This document shows positions 1 through 9,795 of a stretch of DNA of 64,000 bases, in pieces. This DNA is from an uncultured Chloroflexia bacterium. GTDB lineage: Bacteria; Chloroflexota; Limnocylindria; QHBO01. Positions within the stretch are counted from its first letter, which is position 1; every line of letters begins with the position of its first letter. A program made the translations under genes and the position numbers. The notes beneath the pieces are model-generated. The model did not search any database. It saw nothing but the letters and a program-made list of their open reading frames with translations, and was not told the origin of the DNA. The stretch spans positions 459,062-523,061 of the forward strand of contig CAVPGY010000001.1 of the NCBI GenBank assembly GCA_963704115.1. The letters run 5' to 3'.

Positions 1-79
1 ATCGGCCGATCTGGCCGAGGCGGGACAGGCTCAGGATGCGGGGCGGGCGCCCGCGCGCTGGATCGCGACTCATCGGTGG

Positions 80-1576
80 CTACCGAGCGATCTCGGCGAG
101 ATCCTCGAGCTGGCGGCGCAGCCACCAGGTGATGTCCTCGCGCTCGACGCCCCGGCGGAGACGGGCGATCCTCCGTCGCCGTTCGTCCGGCTCCATGCGC
201 AGGGCCGCGGCCAGGGCATCGGCTGTGCCGGCCACGTCGGCCGGGGCGACCGCGAGCGCGCCATCGGCCATCTGGTCGAACGCCCCCGCCGTCTCGGACA
301 GGACGAGTGCCGCGTCGCGCTCGCTGACCACCACTGCCTCCTTGGCGACGAGGTTCATGCCGTCGACCAGCGGGTTGACGAGGACGACGTCCGCGATCGA
401 GAGGCCGGCGAGCGCCTGGGCGTAGTCGTTCTCGTAGAACAGCTGCACCGGCCGCCAGTCGGCCGTCCCGTAGCGCGCGTTGATGCGGTCGACGGCGTTC
501 TGCACCTGGCGGCCGTAGTCGCCGTACTCGCGCAGCCCGGTTCGCGAGGGCACCAGGAAGGCGAGGAACGAGATCCGTCCGCGCAGACGGGGGTTGCGCT
601 GGAGGAGCGCCTCGTAGGCGAGGAAGCCCCGCAGGATGTTCTTCGACGGCTCGAGCCGGTCGACCCGGACCAGGACGCGCTCGCGGGTCGCGCCCATGAG
701 CTGGTCGGCGCGGCGCCGCGCGGCCCGCGACGTCGCGACCCGACGCGTGGCCTCGACATCGATGCTGATCGGGTAGGTGCGCACGTGAATCGTACGCCGG
801 CCGTAGCGGACGGTCCCGGTGTCGTAGTCGACGGTCGCCTTCGGCACGAACGACTCGACCATGCGCAGGAAGTTGTGCGAGTAGCGAGGCGTCTGGAATC
901 CGACCACGTCGTTGGCGAGCATGGCGGTGGCGATCGCCTCCCGGATGCTCGGGGCGATCGTGAGCCAGATCGACGATGGCGGCCAGGGGATGTGGGTGAA
1001 GTGGCTGAGGATCGCCTTCGGGCGCGCGCGCCGGATCGGCTCCGCGGCGAGGTAGAGGTGGTAGTCGTGGAGCATGATCCGTGGCGCCGCATCCCCGCGG
1101 GCCTGGCCCAGGATCGCCTTCGCGAACGCGTCGTTCATGGCCACGTAGCCACGCTCCCAGGCCCGCATCACGCCAGCGTCGATGACCGGCTTCTCCGGCA
1201 GGTTCCACATCTGGTGCTGCAGGAACCAGAGGAGCGGGTTGGCGATCACGTTGTAGGCCTGCTCGTAGACCGACCGCTCCACGGTCGCGAAGCGGAGCCG
1301 GACGTCGTCTCCTCCGGCCTGGCGGAGCAGCTTCGGGTCCGCGGCCGCGCGCCGATCGCCGTCGCTCATCGCCGCGGCGATCCAGGTCAGCGGCACGTGC
1401 TGGCCGACCTGGCCGAGGGCCGTCACCAGCCCGCCCGATCCGCGGCGCGGACGGAGCGAGCCATCGGCAGCGGTGGTGAATGTGACCGGCCCGCGGTTGG
1501 TGGCGATCAGCAGCCGACGGTCACCGAGCAGCGCCGATGCGGCATCGCCGAGGCGGTCGTCAGCGGTCTGGCCCAT
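80..1576 (-). CDS. otsA: trehalose-6-phosphate synthase (GT20)
   Basis: C-terminal 498 codons of the 80..3289 ORF, starting MGQTADDRLGD. GT20 hallmarks are present: LLIATNRGPV, LLWFLQHQMW, MLHDYHLYL, VRVDRLEPSKNI, LVNPLVDGMNLVAKE. The ATG at 1576 lies 5 nt after the nuoN stop (TAG 1582-1584). No frame break. Confidence 0.9.
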   Translation of the reverse strand: MGQTADDRLGDAASALLGDRRLLIATNRGPVTFTTAADGSLRPRRGSGGLVTALGQVGQHVPLTWIAAAMSDGDRRAAADPKLLRQAGGDDVRLRFATVERSVYEQAYNVIANPLLWFLQHQMWNLPEKPVIDAGVMRAWERGYVAMNDAFAKAILGQARGDAAPRIMLHDYHLYLAAEPIRRARPKAILSHFTHIPWPPSSIWLTIAPSIREAIATAMLANDVVGFQTPRYSHNFLRMVESFVPKATVDYDTGTVRYGRRTIHVRTYPISIDVEATRRVATSRAARRRADQLMGATRERVLVRVDRLEPSKNILRGFLAYEALLQRNPRLRGRISFLAFLVPSRTGLREYGDYGRQVQNAVDRINARYGTADWRPVQLFYENDYAQALAGLSIADVVLVNPLVDGMNLVAKEAVVVSERDAALVLSETAGAFDQMADGALAVAPADVAGTADALAAALRMEPDERRRRIARLRRGVEREDITWWLRRQLEDLAEIAR

Positions 1577-1581
1577 GAACG

Positions 1582-3043
1582 CTAGAACAGGCTCGCCGCG
1601 GCCACCTCGAGGAGGTCGAGCGCGGCCCCCGGGAAGAGGCCGAGGAGGACGACAGCGGCCACCGAGACGGCCAGCGCAATCGATCCGAACGGCGAGCGGT
1701 CGAGTGGCGCCGGCTCGGCCTCCGGATCTCGCATGTACATGTAGACCACCACGCGCAGGTAGTAGAACGCGGCGAGCGCGGCATTGAGGACGATGATCAC
1801 CGCCAGCCATTCGAGGCCGGCATCGACCGAGGCGAGCAGCACGTAGAGCTTGGCGAAGAAGCCGACGGTCGGCGGGATGCCCGTCAGGCTCAGCATGAGG
1901 ATCGCCATCGCCGCCGCGAGGATCGGTGCCCGCGACGCGAGACCGGCGAACGAGCTCAGCCCGCCATAGCGCTTCGTGTCGCGCTGGAGCATGCCCACCA
2001 CGGCGAAGGCGGCGATGTTCATCACCGCGTACCCGAGCAGGTAGAAGAGCACCGACTCGATGCCCTGGGCGGCCACTGCGGCATCGTCGGTCGCGGCAAA
2101 GGCGGCCAGCCCGGCCATGATGTAGCCGGTGTGGGCGATGCTCGAGTAAGCGAGCATCCGTTTCACGTTCACCTGGGTGAGGGCCACGACGTTGCCCACC
2201 GTCATCGTCAGCACGGTGAGGACCAGGAAGATCGTCAGCCAGTCGGCGCGCACCGGAGCCAGCGCCTCGGCGAAGATCCGGATGAGGAGGGCGAAGGCGC
2301 CGAGCTTCGGACCGACCGACAGGAAGCCGGTGATGGGGGTCGGAGCTCCCTGGTATGCGTCCGGCGTCCAGTAGTGGAACGGGACGGCGGCGACCTTGAA
2401 CGTCCCGCCGACGAGCAGGAAGCCGATGGCGACCAGCATCGCCGGCGACAGGTCGCCGCCCATCGACGCCGCGACCTCCGCGATGTTCGTGGTGCCCGTC
2501 AGGCCGTACACCCAGGCGATGCCGAACAGCAGGATCGCCGACGCGAAGCTCCCCAGCAGGAAGTACTTCAGCCCGCCCTCGTTGCTGTAGCGGTCCGTCT
2601 TGTGGAGCCCGGTGAGCAGGTACGACGGCATCGTCATCAGCTCGAGGCCCAGGAACAGGGTGATCAGGTCGCTGCTCGAGGCCAGCACGAACATGCCGAG
2701 CAGCGCGCTGAGCAGGATGGTGTTGAACTCGCCGAGCGGGATCCGCCGGACCGCCAGGTAGCGCGGGAGCGAAGAGCGCGCTCAGGATGCCGATGACCAC
2801 GGACGCGCCCTTCAGGAAGACGCTCAGGTCGTCGACCACGTAGAACCCGGCGTACACCGTCTCGTTGATGTCCCACACCACGACGCACGCGGCACCGACC
2901 AGGATGAGCCCGGCCACGGTGAGCGGCGTGAGGATCCACTTGCCGGCGCGCGGCAGGAACAGGTCGGTGGTGATCACCACCAGCACCAGCGCGGCGAGGA
3001 TCAGCTCCGGGAGGAGCGTGACGAGGTCGTCGACGTAGTCCAT
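1582..3043 (-). CDS. nuoN: NADH-quinone oxidoreductase subunit N (one frame break)
   Basis: The N-terminus MDYVDDLVTLLPELILAALVLVV lies in the frame of ORF 80..3289. The rest is ORF 1582..2694 (LITLFLGLELMTMPSYLLTG, FHYWTPDAYQGAPTP). Removing one G from GGG 2765-2767 joins them as ...ILSALFAPRYLAVRRIPLGEFNTILLSALLGMFVL. Confidence 0.9.
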
Positions 3044-3054
3044 CAGGCCCTCAC

Positions 3055-4574
3055 TCACCACAGCGGCCCGAAGCCGGTCATGCCGGCGCCGTTGACCGCC
3101 TCGACGATCCGATCGATCGGCGCGGCGAAGAGCTCGAGCACCGGACCGGGGTAGACCCCGAGCGCGACGACCAGCACGATGAGCGGCGCCAGGGCGATCC
3201 ACTCGTTGCGGCTGAGGTCCTTCAGGTTCGGCCACCATCGGCGCATCCAGTCCGACGGAACGGTGAAGAAGACGCGCTGGAACATCCACAGCATGTAGAC
3301 CGCGCTGGCGATCACCACCAGCATCGTCGCCGCGGCCACGAAGCCGTTGAAGCGGAACGCGCCGAGGATGACGAGGAACTCGCCGACGAAGCCGGAGAGC
3401 CCCGGCAGCCCGATGCTGGCGAAGGTGAACAGGCCGAACATCGCGGCAAGTGCGGGAGCCGGGCGTTCAGGCCGCCCATGTGCGCGATCTGGCGGTCGTG
3501 GGTCTGCTCGTAGATGACGCCGACGAGGAGGAAGAGCGCACCGGTGGTGATGCCGTGGCTGATCATCGTGAAGGCGGCGCCCTGCAGCCCCTGCTCGTTG
3601 AAGACGAACGCGCCGAGCATCACGAAGCCCATGTGGCTGACGCTCGAGTAGGCGACCAGCTTCTTCATGTCCGGCTGGACCATGGCGACCAGCGCGCCGT
3701 AGAGGATGGCGATGACCGCCAGGCCGATGATGATCGGCGCGAAGCTCACCGCCGCGTCGGGCAGGAGCGGGATGCTGAAGCGCAGGAACCCGTAGCCGCC
3801 GAGCTTCAGCAGCACGCCGGCCAGCAGGATCGAGCCGGCGGTCGGGGCCTCGACGTGCGCGTCGGGAAGCCAGGTGTGGAGCGGCCACATCGGCACCTTG
3901 ATGGCGAAGGCCAGGAAGAAGGCGACGAAGGCGAGCGCCTGGAGGCTGTCGGTGTAGGCGAAGCCGCGCAGCGCCTCGTAGCTGAACGTGAGGGTGCCGG
4001 TCTCGTTGCCGTGCGCGATCACCACGGCCAGGATCGCGACCAGCATGAGGAGCGAGCCGACCAGGGTGTAGATGACGAACTTGACGGTGGCGTAGATGCG
4101 CCGCGGGCCGCCCCAGATGCCGATGACCAGGTACATCGGGATGAGGCTGATCTCCCAGAAGACGTAGAACAGGAACAGGTCGAGGCTGACGAAGACGCCG
4201 AGCATGCCCACCATGAGGAGCAGCAGCGCGATGTAGTACTCCCTCACCCGCGTCTGGATCGGCTCCCACGAGTAGAAGATCGCCACCGCGGACAGGAGGG
4301 TGGTGAGCAGCACCAGGACGAGCGACAGTCCGTCGACGCCCAGCGTGTAGCGCATCCCGAAGGCCTCGATCCACGGCAGGTCCTCGCGGAACTGGAACTC
4401 GGCGCCGGCCGGGTCGTAGCCCATCAGCATCAGGCTGAATCCGAAGCTCGCGAGCGACGCGAGCAGGGCGATCCAGCGGATGACCCGGTGGTTGTCGCCC
4501 GGGACCAGCAGCAGCGCCAGGACACCGATCACGGGCGTGAAGACGACCAGGGTGAGGATCGGCAGGTCGTTCAT
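3055..4574 (-). CDS. nuoM: NADH-quinone oxidoreductase subunit M (one frame break)
   Basis: ORF 3312..4574 carries WLPDAHVEAPTAGS and LVAYSSVSHMG. It continues in the frame of ORF 3055..4629 (APALAAMFGLFTFASIGLPGLSGFVGEF...). One base appears to be missing near 3459-3463. Confidence 0.9.
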
Positions 4575-4632
4575 GGTCGCCGCTCGATCGTATATACCGA
4601 TATACGCCGGGCCGCAGCCCGCAGGACACTCA

Positions 4633-6850
4633 TCAGCGCACCACCGTCGCGAAGACGAGGACCACGATCGCCAGGCCGGCGGCGATGCCGAGCCCGTAGT
4701 TCTCGACGCGGCCGGTCTGAACCTTGCGAAGCCCGCCGCCGATCGTCGAAGCCAGCCACCCGGCGCCGTTCACCGCGCCGTCGATGACCTTGGCATCGAA
4801 CCACCACAGGGCGTTGCTGACGAGCACGCCGCCCCGTGCCCAGACGAGCTGGTACAGGTCGTCGACGTAGTACTTGTTCACGCTGGCGCGATACATCCCC
4901 GGGCCGAGGCCGAGCGGGATGCGCTCGACGAACCGCGCCGGCGCATCGGTCCGGCGGACGTACCAGCGGTGGGCCAGCCATACGCCGGCGATCGCCACGC
5001 TGGCGCCCACCAGCAGCAGCAGGCCGCCGAGGCCGAACAGCTCGAAGTGGTGCGCCTCGCCCTTCTGGATGTACCCGTCGAGGTACGAACCGGGCAGGAC
5101 GCCGGCGTGCGCCTCCTCGGCGCCGAGGAAGACCTCCTCGAGCCAGTCGTGGATGATCCCTTCCTCGGGCGGGATGCCGAGGAAGAGGCCGATCAGGGTC
5201 GTCGGCACGGCGAGGATCATCAGCGGCGCGACCATCGTCATGGCGCTCTCGTGGACGTGGTCCCAGACCGCCTTCGGCCCGCGCCACTCGCCCCAGAAGG
5301 TCATGAAGATCATGCGGAACGTGTAGAAGGCGGTCATGAACGCGACCACGATCCCGACGCCGTAGAAGACGAGGTAGCCGCGGTTGAACGCCTCGGCCAG
5401 GATCTCGTCCTTGCTGAAGAAGCCGGCGAAGATCGGGATGCCGGCCAGCGCCAGCGAGCCGATGACCATGGTGATGTAGGTCCACCGCATCTTCGCGCGC
5501 AGGTTGCCCATGAAGCGCATGTCCTGCTCGCCGCCGGCCCCGTGGATCACGGAGCCGGAGCCCATGAACAGCAGCCCCTTGAAGAAGCCGTGGCTGACGA
5601 GGTGGAAGATCGCCGCCGTCCAGGCACCGATCCCGAGCGCCATGAACATGTACGCCAGCTGGCTCACCGTCGAGTAGGCCAGCACCTTCTTGATGTCGTT
5701 CTGGGTCAGCGCGATCGCCGCGGCGAAGATGGCGGTGAAGGTGCCGATGATGGCCACCACCCACATCGCGGTGGGCGCCTCGGCGAAGATCGGGTTGGCG
5801 CGCGCGACCATGTAGACGCCGGCGTTGACCATGGTCGCGGCGTGGATGAGCGCGCTGACCGGGGTCGGGACCCTCCATCGCGTCCGGCAGCCAGACGTGG
5901 AGCGGGAACTGCGCGCTCTTGCCGACGGCGCCGGCGAACAGGAGCAGGGCGATGAGGGTGATGGTGCCCTCGTCGAGCGTCCCGATCTGGTCGAAGACCT
6001 CGCGGAAGCTCAGCGTCCCGAGGTTGACCCAGATCAGCATGATCCCGAGCCCGAACCCGAAGTCGCCGACGCGGTTGACGACGAACGCCTTCTTCGCCGC
6101 GCCGGCCGCCGAGGGCTTCTTGTACCAGAAGCCGATGAGCGCGTAGCTGCACAGGCCGACCGCCTCCCAGCCGACGTACAGCATCAGGAAGTTGTCGCCC
6201 AGGATCAGCAGCAGCATGCTGAACATGAACAGGTTCAGGTAGGCGAAGAAGCGCCAGAAGCCCCGGTCGCCATCCATGTAGCCGATGCTGTAGATGTGCA
6301 CCAGGAAGCCGACGGTGCTCACCACCAGCAGGAGCATCGCGGTCAGCGCGTCGACCAGGAAGCTGATCTCGATGACGAAGTCGCCGGCCGCGATCCACTC
6401 GTAGATCGTGACCTCGCCCTCCTGGCCGCCGAAGATCACCTGGGCGAAGACGATCATGCTCAGGACCCACGACAGGCCGACGAAGGCGGTCGGGATCATC
6501 CACGACCGATAGCGCGGCCGCGCGCGCGCCCGGGGCTCACGTGCCCGGCCTGCCCGATCCCGTCGTTGAACTCGGCCGGGATGACGCCGGCGGCGCCCTC
6601 GGCGTTGGCGAGGTCGTCGGCGTGGCCGGCGTGCGGGCTGGTGGCCTGCTGCTCCTCCTCGGTCGGGACGCCGCGGAACGCGGAGTCGTCGACGTCGTGA
6701 TGGTCGTCGTGCGCGTCACCATGGTCGTCGTGCGCGTCGCTCGTGGCCGTGGCCGTGGACCGGCACGTGGTCGAGGCGCGGCCCGACGATGACGGCGAAC
6801 AGGAAGCCCGCCAGGGGCAGCGCGGGAATGAGGGCGATCAGCAGCTCCAT
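4633..6850 (-). CDS. nuoL: NADH-quinone oxidoreductase subunit L (at least three frame breaks, His/Asp-rich insertion after TM1)
   Basis: The ATG at 6850 has a GGGAAGG RBS and follows the nuoK stop. It opens MELLIALIPALPLAGFLFAVIVGPRL (NuoL TM1). The core is ORF 4571..6499 (MIPTAFVGLSWVL..., LHVWLPDAMEGP) joined to ORF 4633..5832 (TPVSALIHAATMVNAGVY after removing one G at 5867-5869). Further frame switches lie near 6742 and 6515-6540. Confidence 0.85.
6700..6759. repeat. tandem repeats inside the nuoL insertion: 2 x 21 bp followed by 3 x 6 bp
   Basis: atggtcgtcgtgcgcgtcacc (6700-6720) is followed by atggtcgtcgtgcgcgtcgct (6721-6741). Then come cgtggc, cgtggc, cgtgga (6742-6759). On the coding strand these encode HGHGH and DAHDDHG/DAHDDHH. 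Confidence 0.8.
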
Positions 6851-6860
6851 CGGCCTTCCC

Positions 6861-7166
6861 CTACTCCTTCAGGTCGGAGTACTGGTCGACCTCGGGGGTC
6901 TGCCGGGTCCGGATGATGGCGATGACGAGGGCGAGGCCCACGGTCACCTCGGCGGCCGCAACGGCCATGATCATCAGCGCGAAGACGGCGCCGGTGTTCG
7001 CGTCGGGCGGCAGGAACGCGTTGAACGCGACGAGGCTGAGGTTCACCGCGTTGAACATCAGCTCGATGCTGATCAGCATCAGGATCGCGTTCCGCCGGGC
7101 CATGAAGCCGAACACGCCGAGCCCGAAGAGCAGGGTCGAGACGATCAGGTAGCCCTCGATGCCCAT
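6861..7166 (-). CDS. nuoK: NADH-quinone oxidoreductase subunit K
   Basis: Intact 101-aa ORF MGIEGYLIVSTLLFGLGVFGFMARRNAILMLISIELMFNAVNL, typical of NuoK. Confidence 0.9.
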   Translation of the reverse strand: MGIEGYLIVSTLLFGLGVFGFMARRNAILMLISIELMFNAVNLSLVAFNAFLPPDANTGAVFALMIMAVAAAEVTVGLALVIAIIRTRQTPEVDQYSDLKE

Positions 7167-7169
7167 CGG

Positions 7170-7679
7170 TCAGTTCGCCCGCTCGTCTTCTTCCGGCCGC
7201 CGCGCGAGGTAGATGGCACCGATGATGGCAACGAGGATCAGCATGCTGATGATCTCGAAGGGAAGCGCGAAGTCGGTGAACAGCGCGGTCGCGATGTCGT
7301 CGACCGCGGCGCTCGCGGCCTCGGCAGCGAGGCCCCAGTCGGTCTGCACCACCGCCCAGCCGACCATCCCGACGATCGCCAGCGCCACCACGGCCGCGAT
7401 CGGCAGCTGCCGATGGAAGGGCGCCGGCAGGTTCGCGTCACCCGCCTGGGTGAGCATGATGGCGAACAGGATGAGCACACTGATGGCGCCCAGGTAGATG
7501 AGGACCTGGGCGGCAGCCACGATCGGCGCGCCGAGCAGCGCGTACATCCCGGCCAGTGATCCGAAGCAGATCATCATGGCCACGGCCGAATGGATGATGT
7601 TGCGCAGCGTGACGACGGCCAATCCGCCCCCCACCACGCCGATGGCGAGCAGGAAGAAGAGGACGCTGGAGATGTCCAG
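7170..7679 (-). CDS. nuoJ: NADH-quinone oxidoreductase subunit J (start uncertain)
   Basis: ORF 7170..7637 has LRNIIHSAVAMMICFGSLAGMYALLGAPIVAAAQVLIYLGAISVLILFAIML. The frame stays open upstream to an in-frame CTG at 7679, which lies 8 nt after a GGAG. That extension adds LDISSVLFFLLAIGV. The listed GTG at 7637 is the alternative start. Confidence 0.8.
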   Translation of the reverse strand: MDISSVLFFLLAIGVVGGGLAVVTLRNIIHSAVAMMICFGSLAGMYALLGAPIVAAAQVLIYLGAISVLILFAIMLTQAGDANLPAPFHRQLPIAAVVALAIVGMVGWAVVQTDWGLAAEAASAAVDDIATALFTDFALPFEIISMLILVAIIGAIYLARRPEEDERAN

Positions 7680-7879
7680 GGTCGGTGCTCCGATGCGAAG
7701 TGTCGAGCGCTCAACGGCCCCGCTCGGGGGCCGTGCTCGATTCTAGCGCAGCCTCCCGTGCCGCTGCGCGCTGCTGGGATTCCGCTGCCGGCGTAGAGCT
7801 CGGGCGAAGATGGAACCGCGTCACGCGTCTTCGCCGCCATAGTGTCGACAGCGTCCCAACTTCACGGTAGGGAGGCCCG

Positions 7880-8531
7880 ATGGATCAGGTCCTCGTCGAG
7901 CGCGCAATGCACGGCGACGACGACGCGTTCGCGGATCTCGTGAGCGCGTCGTTCGACCGCATGTATACCGTCGCCGGCCTGATCGTCGTCGACCGTGCGC
8001 TCGCGGACGATGCCGTCGAGGCGGCACTCACTGCCGTCCGCGTGGCAGCGGGGGACGTTCGCCGCCTGCCCGGCTACACCTCGCGGAGACGCTGTCCCGG
8101 CAGGCTCGGCGGCATCGTCGGCTCGCGGAGCGCCTTCGCGACTGGCGACGACAGCTGGGCGCCGACCGGCGGCGCGCCGACGACGACTGACCACAGATCG
8201 ATCGTGACCCTCCAGGACACACGCGGCGCACGTCGTGTCGGCGACCGCGACGTTCACCTGGGAATCGAGAACTCCTGACGCGCCGGACGGCGTCGTCGAG
8301 ATCACGGCGCCGTCATCGCCCCAAGGCGGTGACTGGGACATGAATACCATTGCTCCGACCTGGCGGTTGCCGCGGGCATGTGGTCGTCGACGCGCGGCAC
8401 CCTTCCCGGCGGCCACCTCGTATGCCGCGATGTGGCTGGCACAGGCGGCCGCGCGATCGCGTGCTCGGCGCCATGCAGCCGATGCTCGTCGGCCGCGGGT
8501 CGATGGCGTCGGAGAAGGACCACCCGCATGA
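7880..8531 (+). CDS. ECF-type sigma-70 family factor, frame-broken (tentative)
   Basis: The N-terminus MDQVLVERAMHGDDDAFADLVSASFDRMYTVAGLI..DRALADDAVEAAL resembles sigma-70 region 2. A weak region-4-like stretch (SYAAMWLAQAAARSRARRH) lies in another frame near 8420-8480. That frame ends in a TGA overlapping the next ATG (ATGA at 8528-8531). Confidence 0.4.
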
Positions 8532-9404
8532 ATGATCGCCGGCTCACCGACGTCGAGCTCCGGAGCTACCTCCGCCGACGCGCCATGGACCCGGATGCCC
8601 ACCTGCTCGACCGCATCCTCGGGAGACCGAGACGATGCCACGGACCGACACCTGCGTTTCGCCCGCGTCTCGGCTCCGCTGGTGGCGCGACGCGGCGCCT
8701 GCCGGCGCCGTGAGTCGGCCGCGCGACGGGGTCGGGGGGCGTGGCAGAAGAGGCCGCGAAAGCGATGCCACAGACGCACCCTGCGTTTCGCCGCCGTCAC
8801 GGCCCCGCTCCTGGCGCTGGCGGCAGCAGCCCTGCTCGGGGCCATCCTCGTCTTCGGGCCGCCGTCGGTCCCGGGTCCCGGCCGACCACCGACCCCCACC
8901 GAGCATGCCTGCGCCGGCCGGCCCGCGCAGTTCGAAGGCGAGACGGTGCGCGCGGTCGTGCTGACCGATTCCTCCGGCGTCGTGCAGTCCTGCCGGCTCA
9001 TCACGTTCGAGGAGACGCAGTTCACCGGATCACTGACGGGAGCCGAAGCCGTGAACACCGACGGCATCCAGACCCGTCTGCAGGTGTTCTGGCCCATCGC
9101 GAACTGCGACCGAGACGCGGCGATTGACGTGGAGGGCAGCGTCACCGGGCTCGCGATCGTGGTGCTCCAGCACCGGGAGGGGGAATGCGCGGGGGGCAGC
9201 GGTCTGCAAGCCGTCGAACTCCAGCTGTCGACACCCATCCCTGCAGCGACGGCCGATGTGACGCTGACCTACCGCTGTCAGGCGGGCGGCGAGTCCCGGA
9301 CCCTGACGACACGGGTCGGCCGGGCCGTTCGGTTCGGAACGACGTGCCGGTGCGGCAGGGTCGCTCACCGAGCTGTCGTAGACGGCTCGCCAGTCGGCGC
9401 GTGA
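8528..9404 (+). CDS. membrane-anchored anti-sigma-like protein with extracytoplasmic Cys-containing domain (copy 1), frame-broken
   Basis: Starts MNDRRLTDVELRSYLRRRAMDPDAHLLDRILG in the frame of ORF 8378..8713. Continues in ORF 8532..9404 with a TM segment RFAAVTAPLLALAAAALLGAILVFG. A roughly 110-aa domain follows (VVLTDSSGVVQSCRL...TRLQVFWPIANCD...ECAGGSGLQAVELQL). Confidence 0.4.
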
Positions 9405-9419
9405 CCTCAGTCAGGGTGA

Positions 9420-9760
9420 ATGACCGGGGCCCAGGGCACCATCGTCGACACGACGGGCCTCGTGCTCGGCTGTCGCGACATCGGTTCCCTGGTCATCAGC
9501 CCTCCGGCGGTGAACCCCGACGGCGTGCTGACTCGCCTTGAGGTTCGCTGGCCCCTGGCCGGCTGCGATACCGGGCCGGCGACGGTCGAGATCACGTTGG
9601 CTGGTGGGCGCTACCTTGTCCGCGTGTTCCAGCAGCGTGAATCCGGTCCGCCCGCCTGCGCGGGCTCGGGGGGAGGGCGATCGAGCTCACGCTCGCTGGT
9701 CCGATCCGCGCGTCGGCGACGGAGGTGATCCTCGACCCGGTGCCCATCGAGCGAGACTGA
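9420..9760 (+). CDS. second copy of the ~100-aa Cys-containing domain (separate ORF or continuation of the previous gene)
   Basis: ORF 9420..9728 (GTIVDTTGLVLGCRD...TRLEVRWPLAGCD...PACAGSGGG) parallels the domain at about 8935-9290. After a one-base correction in the G run near 9670 it continues RAIELTLAGPIRASATEVILDPVPIERD to a TGA at 9758-9760. Confidence 0.35.
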
Positions 9761-9795
9761 CGCCGCGGCATCGAGCCCGCCGCACCGACGTCAGC

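Noticed and set aside
80-3289. A 1069-aa ORF spanning otsA, nuoN and the end of nuoM as one protein.
   Set aside because: Only its last 498 codons (otsA) and a short segment (the nuoN N-terminus) are real coding sequence in that frame. The rest is out-of-frame read-through of nuoN.
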